Positions 17,177-25,006 of a DNA stretch of 54,184 nt are shown here, piece by piece. The DNA comes from Minisyncoccia bacterium (GTDB lineage: Bacteria; Patescibacteriota; Minisyncoccia; UBA6257), in contig JBNAWD010000038.1 of NCBI GenBank assembly GCA_049699995.1, forward strand, positions 1-54,184, read 5' to 3'. Both the position numbers and the translations under genes were made by a program. The first letter of the stretch is position 1. Each line of letters opens with the position of its first letter. The notes below the pieces were generated by a model that was given only the letters and a program-made list of their open reading frames with translations, searched no databases and was not told where the DNA came from.

Positions 17177-19459
17177 TTAGTCAGGAATTTTATCCCACTG
17201 TTCTTGTTTTATCAAGTTAATAAAATTCTCCGCTTCTTCTTTTAAAGATGGCATTAGTTCTATTGCTTTTTCCGCGTATTCGATGGCTTTTTCTTTATTC
17301 TTTAATTTCCCATAAGCAGCTGCTAATTTAACATAAAACTCTACTTCTTTAGGATAAAGAGTAATCCCATAAGAATATAATCTCGCTATCGTTAAATAAT
17401 CTTTTTTGGGAACAAATAAATTAGCGGAATAATAAATCATTTTTTTATCTCTCGGTAAAAATCCTTTTTCTATGGCTTTCATTAAATAGCTATCGGATAG
17501 TTCTTTGTTGTTTAAATTGGCATTCACTAAAGCCAAAAAATAATAGTTATCGGGAATAAATTCAGTCATTGATTCTGTCTTTTCAAAATTTTCTTTGGCT
17601 TTTAAAAGATTATTTTCGCCAACTAAATAATATTTACCCAAAGCAATATAAGTATAAGGAATTCTTGAGCCTTCTTTTTCTAACATAGAGACTAGTTCTT
17701 TCAATTTTTCTTTTTTGGAAGAATCGAACTCTAAAGCGTCCATAGTGAGGTCAGCATAATTTAAAAGAAATTGATAAATGGGCCTTCTTTGTTTTAAAAT
17801 TTTTTCTCCTTGCTCATCATAAAGGGAAAGGATAATTTTTTTCTCTTCAGCCGTAAGAAAAGGTTTTATCGCCTCATAGGTCCTTTTAGAACCCAAGAAA
17901 ACATCCATTTGATAAGGCGTTTGATAATAAAAGATTCTTTTAAAATCTTTCATTCCCTCGTCATGACGATTCAAAACAAAATCCCTGTGGGTTTTAATAA
18001 TATAATAATATTGAAAAGACGGTAAAATTATCCATTTTGTCAAAGAAAAAACTATTAAACAGAATACCAAAATGATAAGAAAAATTTTAAAAATATCTTT
18101 AGAGAAATCTTGATCCTGAAGATTTCCTTTTTTTCTTTCTTTCTTTTCTTGAACAGATGATTGATTTTTAAACAATTTCAGATTAGAACCATAATGAGAG
18201 ACAAAAGCCAAAGTTAACATTAAAGGCAAATAGCTTTCAAAAAAATCAAAAATAAAAAGATTTTGAATGAAATAAGAAACAAAAAGACCAAAAAAGGGCA
18301 AGGCTGAGCAAAAATTTTCTTTTGATTGATTTTTTAAAATTTTAAAGAGAAAATAGTAAATCAAAAAATAACTCAATAAACCAATAATTCCCGCATCAAT
18401 TAGAATCTCCAAAATCTTATTATGAACTCGGTCAAACATAAAATCAGGCAAAATTTTAGGCATTAAAGGATCAAAATTTTTGATGTACAAAAAAACATAA
18501 CTCTCTCCTCCCCAACCTAAAATTGGTCTTTCCAAAAAAGAATTAAAAGCAATTTTATAAGAAAGCAAACGGCTTTTAGTGGCTGGGTCATTTAGATCAA
18601 AAGTAGTTAATCTTTTCAAAAATAAATGATCTTTTACAAAAGAACTATTTTTAAAAAGGAAAAGTATAGAAATAGTAGAAATCAAAACAATAATCGAAAT
18701 CCAAGCGATTTTTTTAAAAATAAAAACCTCTTTTTCTTTTCGAAAAAGCAAGAGAAAACTCATTAAAAGAAAGCCAATCACATAACCCACCATTACTCCG
18801 CGGGTAGCGTTTAAAACAATTAAAAGAGTGAAAAAAAGAAAAATTGCTAAATAAAAATTAAAAAATTTCTTTTCCAAAAGATATTTCTTAAAGTAAAAAT
18901 ATAAGGCGAAGAGGGTATGAAAAAGTAAATAAACAGCAAAATAAGAAGGATTGCCAGAAAAACCCATTAAGCGATCAGTTCTTAAATTGGCTCCGAAAAA
19001 AGATGGCTGATAAAAGAATAAAATAGCTAAGCAAGAATAAATTAAGGCTATAAAAATTGAAATTCTTAACAAATCCTCTATTTCTCTTTGGTCAAAAACA
19101 GAAAAAAGAATCAAAAAGAAAAGATAAAAGTGTAAAATTCCAAATAAACCCTCCAGCCTTTCAGTGGAAGAGAAAAAACTCTGATGAAAACTTAAACCAA
19201 AAATGGAAGCCAGGAAAAGAATGGCAAGAAACAAAGAAAAAGATAAAACAATCGGATTTTTTAAAAAAGATATAGATTTTTTCTCTTTAATCAAATAAAG
19301 CACCCATAAGAAAATCATTATTTCCACCAAAATTCTAAAAACTGTTTCTTTTAAAGTGATAGATGGAAAATAAAAAGATGGTCCTAGGAAAAAGGGAGTA
19401 AAAAGAGAAAAAATGGCTAAATAATAAATAGAATTTTTTAAATCAAACCGTTGAAACAT
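17177..19459 (-). CDS. O-antigen ligase/Wzy_C-like polytopic membrane protein with C-terminal TPR repeats
   Basis: It has about 12 TM segments plus a loop resembling the Wzy_C domain (LERPILGWGGESY...HNKILEILIDAGIIG). The C-terminal third has TPR-like repeats (AIEYAEKAIELMP). Confidence 0.7.
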   Translation of the reverse strand: MFQRFDLKNSIYYLAIFSLFTPFFLGPSFYFPSITLKETVFRILVEIMIFLWVLYLIKEKKSISFLKNPIVLSFSLFLAILFLASIFGLSFHQSFFSSTERLEGLFGILHFYLFFLILFSVFDQREIEDLLRISIFIALIYSCLAILFFYQPSFFGANLRTDRLMGFSGNPSYFAVYLLFHTLFALYFYFKKYLLEKKFFNFYLAIFLFFTLLIVLNATRGVMVGYVIGFLLMSFLLLFRKEKEVFIFKKIAWISIIVLISTISILFLFKNSSFVKDHLFLKRLTTFDLNDPATKSRLLSYKIAFNSFLERPILGWGGESYVFLYIKNFDPLMPKILPDFMFDRVHNKILEILIDAGIIGLLSYFLIYYFLFKILKNQSKENFCSALPFFGLFVSYFIQNLFIFDFFESYLPLMLTLAFVSHYGSNLKLFKNQSSVQEKKERKKGNLQDQDFSKDIFKIFLIILVFCLIVFSLTKWIILPSFQYYYIIKTHRDFVLNRHDEGMKDFKRIFYYQTPYQMDVFLGSKRTYEAIKPFLTAEEKKIILSLYDEQGEKILKQRRPIYQFLLNYADLTMDALEFDSSKKEKLKELVSMLEKEGSRIPYTYIALGKYYLVGENNLLKAKENFEKTESMTEFIPDNYYFLALVNANLNNKELSDSYLMKAIEKGFLPRDKKMIYYSANLFVPKKDYLTIARLYSYGITLYPKEVEFYVKLAAAYGKLKNKEKAIEYAEKAIELMPSLKEEAENFINLIKQEQWDKIPD

Positions 19460-19461
19460 AT

Positions 19462-21195
19462 CTAATTATCAATACTTAATTCTTTATTAACTTGAGTTCT
19501 CGTTAAAGGGCCAAAATAACCAGTCGCTAAAATCCCCTTTAAAGTCTGATACCTTTTCACAGCAGCCATTGTTAATGGTCCATAATAACCGGTAATTAAA
19601 CCTTCTGGATAAATCTCCGGGCCTAAATTTTTTAAAAATATCTGCAAACATTTTACCTCTTCAGAATTCATTCCATAATAAAGATCTTGAGAAAAGCCCA
19701 AACAAATCGGCTTTTGTTTTAAAGTCAAAAGATAAGCTAATTGTTGCTGGAGAAGAGCAACTTGCTTTTTTAAAGATTCAATTTGTTTTAATAATTCTTG
19801 TTTAATTTTTTCTTCATTTAAAGGGTTATTAGCTAAAATTTTTGCTTCCCAAGAATAGTAGTAAACTTTATTTTCCCGGGCATCTTTCCCTAAATAAGGA
19901 ATGAAAATTAAAGCTTGATATTGAGAACCAAAATTTAAAACAGTAATCTCCTGAATATTAGTTTTAGAGAAGTCAATAAAATTTAAAGATTTTTGACCAT
20001 TTTCATCAATTAAAATGTAAGGAATCTCCTTTATTGGCGTTTTTTCATCTAAAATAAATTTTAATTTTAATAAACCATTACCCCCTTGAATTTTTTGCCA
20101 CTTTCCTTCCCATTTTAAAAGAGAATCAACTACTGTCATTGTGCTTTCTCCTGTTTGCGGTAAGAAATAAGAATTAGAAAGAGCTGAAAAATTCTTTAAG
20201 TTTTCATCTTGATAACAATATTTTCTATCAACAGAACAATCATTTAAAACGTTGGTAATTAAAAATCTAAGAAAAAGTTCATCAATATCTAAATTGCTGT
20301 CTCTTTTCTTTAAAGCGCTCTCGATAGCCGAAACAGCATCTTCCGGACCAAATAAAATATCTTTAAAAATGTCTTGGGAAAATTGTTCTTTTAAATACAA
20401 AGCCAAAAGATAAATTTTTCCATAATCGCTTCCCTTTTCCTGCCAGTTTAAAAAATTTAAATTAGTAGTCGTTAAAAGTTGACTGGCTCTTTTTTTAGTT
20501 AATGAAGAAGAAAAATCATTTTTTAAAATAGTGGCGGCAAATTCAGAAAATAATTCTGCTAACCAAACATCAATCTTTGGCCGAGCTTTTAAAGTGATAA
20601 GATGGGTAAACTCATGAAATAAATAATACAAAACAACCGAAGTTGAATTTTTTAACACTGCTTCGGCATTTAAAAAGATAATCTGACCTTCATTTGAAGT
20701 TGGATTTAAGGTTTTTGAAAAACCATCAATCGAACGAACATAACCGCCGACATCGGTTTTTAATTTTTCCAAAACAACAATTAATCGAGGGTCGTTATCT
20801 ATGCCGGGAATATCTTCGGGGGTTAAAAGAGAAGTAATCTTTGGATAAAATTGATATTCAAAAATATTGGAAATTTCATTTAATTTACTTTCTAAACTTT
20901 GTCTCTGGTTAGGATCTAATTTTAAATACCAATCTTTCTGGACATAGAAATAAAATTTATTCGTTGTTTTTATTAATTGAGCCTCAATAGAAGAAGCTCC
21001 ATTTTCATCATAATCTTGATTGGTAAAAAAAGATCTTTCTAAAGAAACACCTAAAACATATTGAGGGAAAATATTTAAAAGAAAAGAGAAAATAATCCCA
21101 ACTGAGAGAATTTTTCTTTCTAAGTTTTTTATTTTCATACCCATAATAATAAAAATAATACCAAAAAAACTAAAAAAATCAAAGCCCCCTATCAA
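19462..21195 (-). CDS. Secreted zincin-like protein (HEFTH) with C-terminal coiled coil and peptidoglycan-binding (PG_binding_1-like) domain
   Basis: It has a signal anchor, YLFHEFTHLI (an HExxH motif) and a C-terminus TGYYGPLTMAAVKRYQ...TGYFGPLTRTQV. The true start may be an internal Met (MGMKIKN, about 21144). Confidence 0.6.
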   Translation of the reverse strand: MIGGFDFFSFFGIIFIIMGMKIKNLERKILSVGIIFSFLLNIFPQYVLGVSLERSFFTNQDYDENGASSIEAQLIKTTNKFYFYVQKDWYLKLDPNQRQSLESKLNEISNIFEYQFYPKITSLLTPEDIPGIDNDPRLIVVLEKLKTDVGGYVRSIDGFSKTLNPTSNEGQIIFLNAEAVLKNSTSVVLYYLFHEFTHLITLKARPKIDVWLAELFSEFAATILKNDFSSSLTKKRASQLLTTTNLNFLNWQEKGSDYGKIYLLALYLKEQFSQDIFKDILFGPEDAVSAIESALKKRDSNLDIDELFLRFLITNVLNDCSVDRKYCYQDENLKNFSALSNSYFLPQTGESTMTVVDSLLKWEGKWQKIQGGNGLLKLKFILDEKTPIKEIPYILIDENGQKSLNFIDFSKTNIQEITVLNFGSQYQALIFIPYLGKDARENKVYYYSWEAKILANNPLNEEKIKQELLKQIESLKKQVALLQQQLAYLLTLKQKPICLGFSQDLYYGMNSEEVKCLQIFLKNLGPEIYPEGLITGYYGPLTMAAVKRYQTLKGILATGYFGPLTRTQVNKELSIDN

Positions 21196-21200
21196 CCCAA

Positions 21201-21242
21201 CTATCGACCTCGGAGGTCAATATTGACCTCCGAGGTCGATAG
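21201..21242. repeat. Perfect 42-nt palindrome (REP-like doublet), copy 1
   Basis: CTATCGACCTCGGAGGTCAAT|ATTGACCTCCGAGGTCGATAG is exactly self-complementary. Each arm contains the inner palindrome GACCTC-G-GAGGTC. Confidence 0.9.
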
Positions 21243-21244
21243 TA

Positions 21245-21934
21245 TTAGGGTTCTAAAGTAGAATTTTTGAAAATTTTTATTTTATTCTGGTTTAAAGATT
21301 TAAGCCAATCATAGGAAGCTTTCTTGTAGCTTTGAGATCCATTAAAAAATTTAAGCAAAAAGTCTTTACGAATAACCGAAGGAAAATTTTTTTCTCCAAT
21401 ATAATCCAAAAAACTTGACCAGCGGTATTTATTTAAAAAACGAATAGCTTTTTGATAATCTCTTAATTCCCCTTTTCGCCATTCGGGAAACTTTAAATCT
21501 AATGGATTGAAATGAATATAATAAGGAAGATGAATAAAATGAGCTTCTTCTTTTATTAAGATTGATTTATATTTTCCCTCAAAAAGAGTGCCTTTTCTTT
21601 GATATTTTTGATTAAAATATTTAACATAACCAACATCTAATTTTTGCATAAATAAAGAAATAGCCCCCTCTTTCAAGGGTATTAATAAAAGATGATAATG
21701 GTTAGGCATTAAACAAAAAGCCAAAATTTCAACTAACAATTCTCTGCGCTCTTTTTCTTGGTTAAATTTAAAATCCGAGAGAAAGTTTTTTTGAAAATAA
21801 AAATTATTATTTGGAGCTGGCTTCTCGTCATTAAATTCAAATAAATTATGAATAAACCTTAAATAATCTCTCTCGTCAAGGAAAATCTTTCTTTGATCCA
21901 CTCCTCTATTTAAAATATGATAAATACCTTCCAT
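21245..21934 (-). CDS. IS200-like HUH/Y1 transposase, RAYT-like (REP-associated tyrosine transposase)
   Basis: It has the HUH motif CLMPNHYHLLL and the catalytic-Tyr helix PYYIHFNPL. It is 229 aa long and is flanked on both sides by the same palindrome. Confidence 0.8.
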   Translation of the reverse strand: MEGIYHILNRGVDQRKIFLDERDYLRFIHNLFEFNDEKPAPNNNFYFQKNFLSDFKFNQEKERRELLVEILAFCLMPNHYHLLLIPLKEGAISLFMQKLDVGYVKYFNQKYQRKGTLFEGKYKSILIKEEAHFIHLPYYIHFNPLDLKFPEWRKGELRDYQKAIRFLNKYRWSSFLDYIGEKNFPSVIRKDFLLKFFNGSQSYKKASYDWLKSLNQNKIKIFKNSTLEP

Positions 21935-22016
21935 AAAATAAAAAGACAGCGGGGAAATTAAAATTTCTATATATTTTTAAAAAATATTTAAAATTTTGTC
22001 AATAGCTCTAGTTTTA

Positions 22017-22058
22017 TTATCGACCTCGGAGGTCAATATTGACCTCCGAGGTCGATAA
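22017..22058. repeat. Perfect 42-nt palindrome (REP-like doublet), copy 2
   Basis: TTATCGACCTCGGAGGTCAAT|ATTGACCTCCGAGGTCGATAA differs from copy 1 only at the outermost base pair. Confidence 0.9.
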
Positions 22059-22070
22059 ATTAAAGAACTA

Positions 22071-22097
22071 AAAAACCGGCCGAAAGGCCGGTTTTTT
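22071..22097 (-). terminator. Rho-independent terminator (bidirectional shape) after the surface-protein gene
   Basis: AAAAA-CCGGCC-GAAA-GGCCGG-TTTTTT lies 21 nt downstream of the stop at 22118. Confidence 0.8.
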
Positions 22098-22117
22098 AGT
22101 AACCCGCAAGGAAGGGT

Positions 22118-24010
22118 TTACTGACCAGTAAAGTAAGTCTGGCCAGTCTTCAAGGTATCAATACCCCAAGTCTGGCTAACAGCACCAGTGGAAGTAGCGG
22201 AAGTGTTCCAGCCAATAGAAGCTAATCTAACTTCATAGTATCCGGCATCGCTAGAGCCAGTTAATTTGAAGGTAGCATTAAATTCACAAGTAGCAGTGGA
22301 ACCAGAAGTAATTCTCCAGAACTTATTAGTGCTATCTTCAGTGGCATTAGAACAAGTCCAAGAGGCAGAAGAAGTAGAGGGAGTAACCGAGCTTCCATTC
22401 TTGTAGATGGCCTTTGTTATAGAGGTAGTAGAATTGTCGCTGGTAGGAATATAGATATCGCCACCATTAGCAGTTACAGTAAAGACAATCTTAGCAGTAC
22501 CTAAATCAGCAACAGTGGAAGAGGTAGAACCAGAAGCGGTCAAACTAGCATTGCTTAAGGCAAAGACTGGAGCCTTTAAGAATGGATAGAATCTTTCACT
22601 ATCAAGAGAAGTGCCGTCAGCAGTCTTGACATTGCTGTTGGTATCAATACCAGTCAAAGAAGGACCAGTGGTAGAAATTACAACATATTTGGTAGAGCCA
22701 CCAGCAAAGCTTGAACTCTGGGCAGCAATATTGACTTTAATTGACAAAGTCTTAGTTGTTCCAGCGGCAACCGGTAAGCTGAAGTTAGACCAAGAAACAG
22801 AACCATCATTACCAGACCAACTGGGAGCAGCAGAAGCTAACAAAGTTGATCCATCCCAAAGCTCAGCTGAGATAACATCCGAAGTAGCAAGACCAACGCC
22901 TTTAGTAATGGTCACACTACCAGAACTAAAGGTGACATCTAAATCTTTTACTTCGACATTGAATCTCATTATCTCTACTCTGGTAGCGCCAGAAGTGGAG
23001 ACAATAATATTTTGAGCTTTTGGATTATCAGTGGCGAGGCTGACATTAACATCCGCGCTAAGGGTAGTAGTAATCGTCAAACCAGTGCGAGAAACATCAC
23101 TACCACTGGCAACAGAGTAATTAATGCCAGCAGTATCAGTAAAGACTAATTGATCATACTCAATAGTAGCTCCCCAGGTATCATCTTGAACATCAGATAC
23201 TGGATTAGTCACTACAGTACCTTTAACAGTCAAAACTTTAGTGGAGTTATTAGGAACTACCCAGTTCAAACCAGTGAAATTAAAGGTGTAATTGTCGGCA
23301 AAAGTATTCTCAATGGCATTGGCGGAAGAAGGGACAATCTCAGCTAACAAGTTAGAGCCATCATAAAGAGAAAGTTTGCTGAAAGCGCCCCAAGGAAAAG
23401 CATCAGCCGCAGTGTGGTCAATAGTGACAGCTATCTTTTTAACAGTAATGTCTGAACCAGTGGCTTTAAACTGAGCAGCCACTAATTCATAAGTTTGACC
23501 ACCATATAAAGTGGTTTGAGCGTTAGAAACTGGATAGCTTGTAATGGATAAAGTTCCATAAGCAGGAGCAACAACTGTCGTGGTGGTAGTACCGGCACTG
23601 GTAGTCGTGGTAGTAACAGGAGTGCAGTAAAGTTCATTTAATTTGGCTCTAGTCAAAGGACCAACATAACCAGTCTGAGGAATACCATATTGCGCCTGGA
23701 ATCTTTGAACAGCAGCCTTGGTCAAAGGACCAAAATAGCCGCTAGTAGGAGTGACTCCTAAGATAATCTGTAGGTTTTTGACATCATTAGAAGTCAAGCC
23801 ATAGTAAAGATCCGTATTGAAGCAATAGGTTCCAGTGGTCTGTTGGCCTCCTTGTAAAGCGGCAATCTGTTGTTGTAATTGGGCAATAATACCCAATAAC
23901 TGTTGAATTTGAGCTTGAAGCTCTTGAACAGATTGGCCAAAAACCGGAGAAACTGCCATTGAAAGGGCAAAAATCCCGGTTAAAATTGAAGCTGTTAATT
24001 TCTTTCCCAT
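22118..24010 (-). CDS. Secreted S/T/A/G-rich surface protein with N-terminal coiled coil + peptidoglycan-binding domain (S-layer-like candidate)
   Basis: It has a signal peptide (LTASILTGIFALSMAVSPVFG), a coiled coil (QELQAQIQQLLGIIAQLQQQIAALQ) and PG_binding_1-like repeats (SGYFGPLTKAAVQRFQ...TGYVGPLTRAKL). A Thr-rich linker and about 480 aa of beta-rich, low-charge sequence follow. Confidence 0.75.
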   Translation of the reverse strand: MGKKLTASILTGIFALSMAVSPVFGQSVQELQAQIQQLLGIIAQLQQQIAALQGGQQTTGTYCFNTDLYYGLTSNDVKNLQIILGVTPTSGYFGPLTKAAVQRFQAQYGIPQTGYVGPLTRAKLNELYCTPVTTTTTSAGTTTTTVVAPAYGTLSITSYPVSNAQTTLYGGQTYELVAAQFKATGSDITVKKIAVTIDHTAADAFPWGAFSKLSLYDGSNLLAEIVPSSANAIENTFADNYTFNFTGLNWVVPNNSTKVLTVKGTVVTNPVSDVQDDTWGATIEYDQLVFTDTAGINYSVASGSDVSRTGLTITTTLSADVNVSLATDNPKAQNIIVSTSGATRVEIMRFNVEVKDLDVTFSSGSVTITKGVGLATSDVISAELWDGSTLLASAAPSWSGNDGSVSWSNFSLPVAAGTTKTLSIKVNIAAQSSSFAGGSTKYVVISTTGPSLTGIDTNSNVKTADGTSLDSERFYPFLKAPVFALSNASLTASGSTSSTVADLGTAKIVFTVTANGGDIYIPTSDNSTTSITKAIYKNGSSVTPSTSSASWTCSNATEDSTNKFWRITSGSTATCEFNATFKLTGSSDAGYYEVRLASIGWNTSATSTGAVSQTWGIDTLKTGQTYFTGQ

Positions 24011-24047
24011 AATTTATTTTTTTAATTATTATTTTGACCTTTAATTT

Positions 24048-24078
24048 GGATTGCTATCGACCTTTTAAAAAGCAATCC
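24048..24078 (-). promoter_or_regulatory. Intercistronic 8-bp hairpin (GGATTGCT-N15-AGCAATCC) upstream of the surface-protein gene
   Basis: It starts immediately after the stop of the DUF5667-like gene and has no T-tract after it. The stem/loop junction carries CTATCGACC, the same 9-mer as the outer end of palindrome copy 1. Confidence 0.4.
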
Positions 24079-24978
24079 TTAATTTTCATCCAAGCTCTCT
24101 AGAGAATTATTCTCGACCGCCGGCTCCCCAATGGGAGTCTCTAGAGAGTGGATTGACTGAAAAATTTTAAGACTTTCTATCTTTTCCAGAGCGCCAGTAC
24201 AATCACCGGCTTTAATCAATTGATCGATTTCGGATAAAACAGTTTTAATATTCAAAACCTCTTTGGGCGAGAGATTTTTTAAATTATTTTCGTTTTCAAA
24301 ATAGGATTTTAATAAATCGAGATTTTTTAAAAGATAAGACGGGCATTTTTCAATTTTTTCACTCGTCTCTAAAATAAGACTTAAAATTTTTGTATCGGTT
24401 TGATTTAAAGTATTTTCTAAAGATTCTTTGTTTTCTAAATTAATATCCTTGATTGATTCTTTCATTTTTTCTGTTCTGGTTTTGACATCCTGAGAAACTT
24501 TTAAAAGGGTGGTTTTTTTCTGGGTTTGGGAAATTTCTTCGGGCAAAGTTTTAAGGTCTTGTTTTAATAAATCCACTAATTTAGCCACTTTAGCGTTATT
24601 TTGGTCCTTTACTTTTTTCAAATCGTTAAGCCTTTCCTCTAAAACAATTGCTTTCACTTGCGCCTTATGATCTTTTCTCGCTAAAGCAACTTTCAGGTTC
24701 TGATAAGCTAACTTTAAAGGATATAAAGAGCTATCGGGCAATGAATTTTGGGCCAAAGCGAAAGTGGAAAAAGCAAAAATTAAAAAAGCTGAAAAAGCTA
24801 AACTAAAGGAATGCTTTTTCCAATAAGAAGAATTCAAGAATATCAAAACAGGTTTCTCTTTTCGATAAGCAAGTTTCTTTTTTTCAACCAATAAATAAAT
24901 TCTCTCTTTTTCTTCTTCTGAGAGTTGAATCTGGGATAGTTTTTTGATTTTTTCGAAAAGAATTTTCTCTTCCATCAC
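24079..24978 (-). CDS. Membrane-anchored DUF5667-like protein, candidate anti-sigma/sensor partner
   Basis: It has a short cytoplasmic N-terminus, one TM segment (FSLAFSAFLIFAFSTFALA), the LYPLKLAYQNLKVAL motif I associate with DUF5667, and a long helical ectodomain. It starts 28 nt downstream of an ECF sigma gene. Confidence 0.55.
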   Translation of the reverse strand: MMEEKILFEKIKKLSQIQLSEEEKERIYLLVEKKKLAYRKEKPVLIFLNSSYWKKHSFSLAFSAFLIFAFSTFALAQNSLPDSSLYPLKLAYQNLKVALARKDHKAQVKAIVLEERLNDLKKVKDQNNAKVAKLVDLLKQDLKTLPEEISQTQKKTTLLKVSQDVKTRTEKMKESIKDINLENKESLENTLNQTDTKILSLILETSEKIEKCPSYLLKNLDLLKSYFENENNLKNLSPKEVLNIKTVLSEIDQLIKAGDCTGALEKIESLKIFQSIHSLETPIGEPAVENNSLESLDEN

Positions 24979-25006
24979 TATATAAGACGAAAATTTTTAT
25001 AAAATA

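Larger units (their letters stand above)
21201..22058 (-). mobile_element. Candidate REP/RAYT unit (palindrome - Y1 transposase gene - palindrome)
   Basis: The identical 40-nt palindrome cores at 21202-21241 and 22018-22057 bracket the transposase gene. There is no tnpB, and no target-site duplication is visible. Confidence 0.6.

Noticed and set aside
21201-21242. The 42-nt palindromes as ordinary terminators or as terminal inverted repeats of a DDE-type IS.
   Set aside because: They have no flanking T-tract. Each copy is self-complementary rather than the two copies being inverted relative to each other. The enclosed gene is an HUH/Y1 enzyme, not a DDE transposase.
22611-23347. Plus-strand ORFs 22611-23015 and 23150-23347 opposite the surface-protein gene.
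   Set aside because: They are shadow ORFs favoured by the locally higher G+C content. The minus-strand frame has a signal peptide, domains and a terminator.
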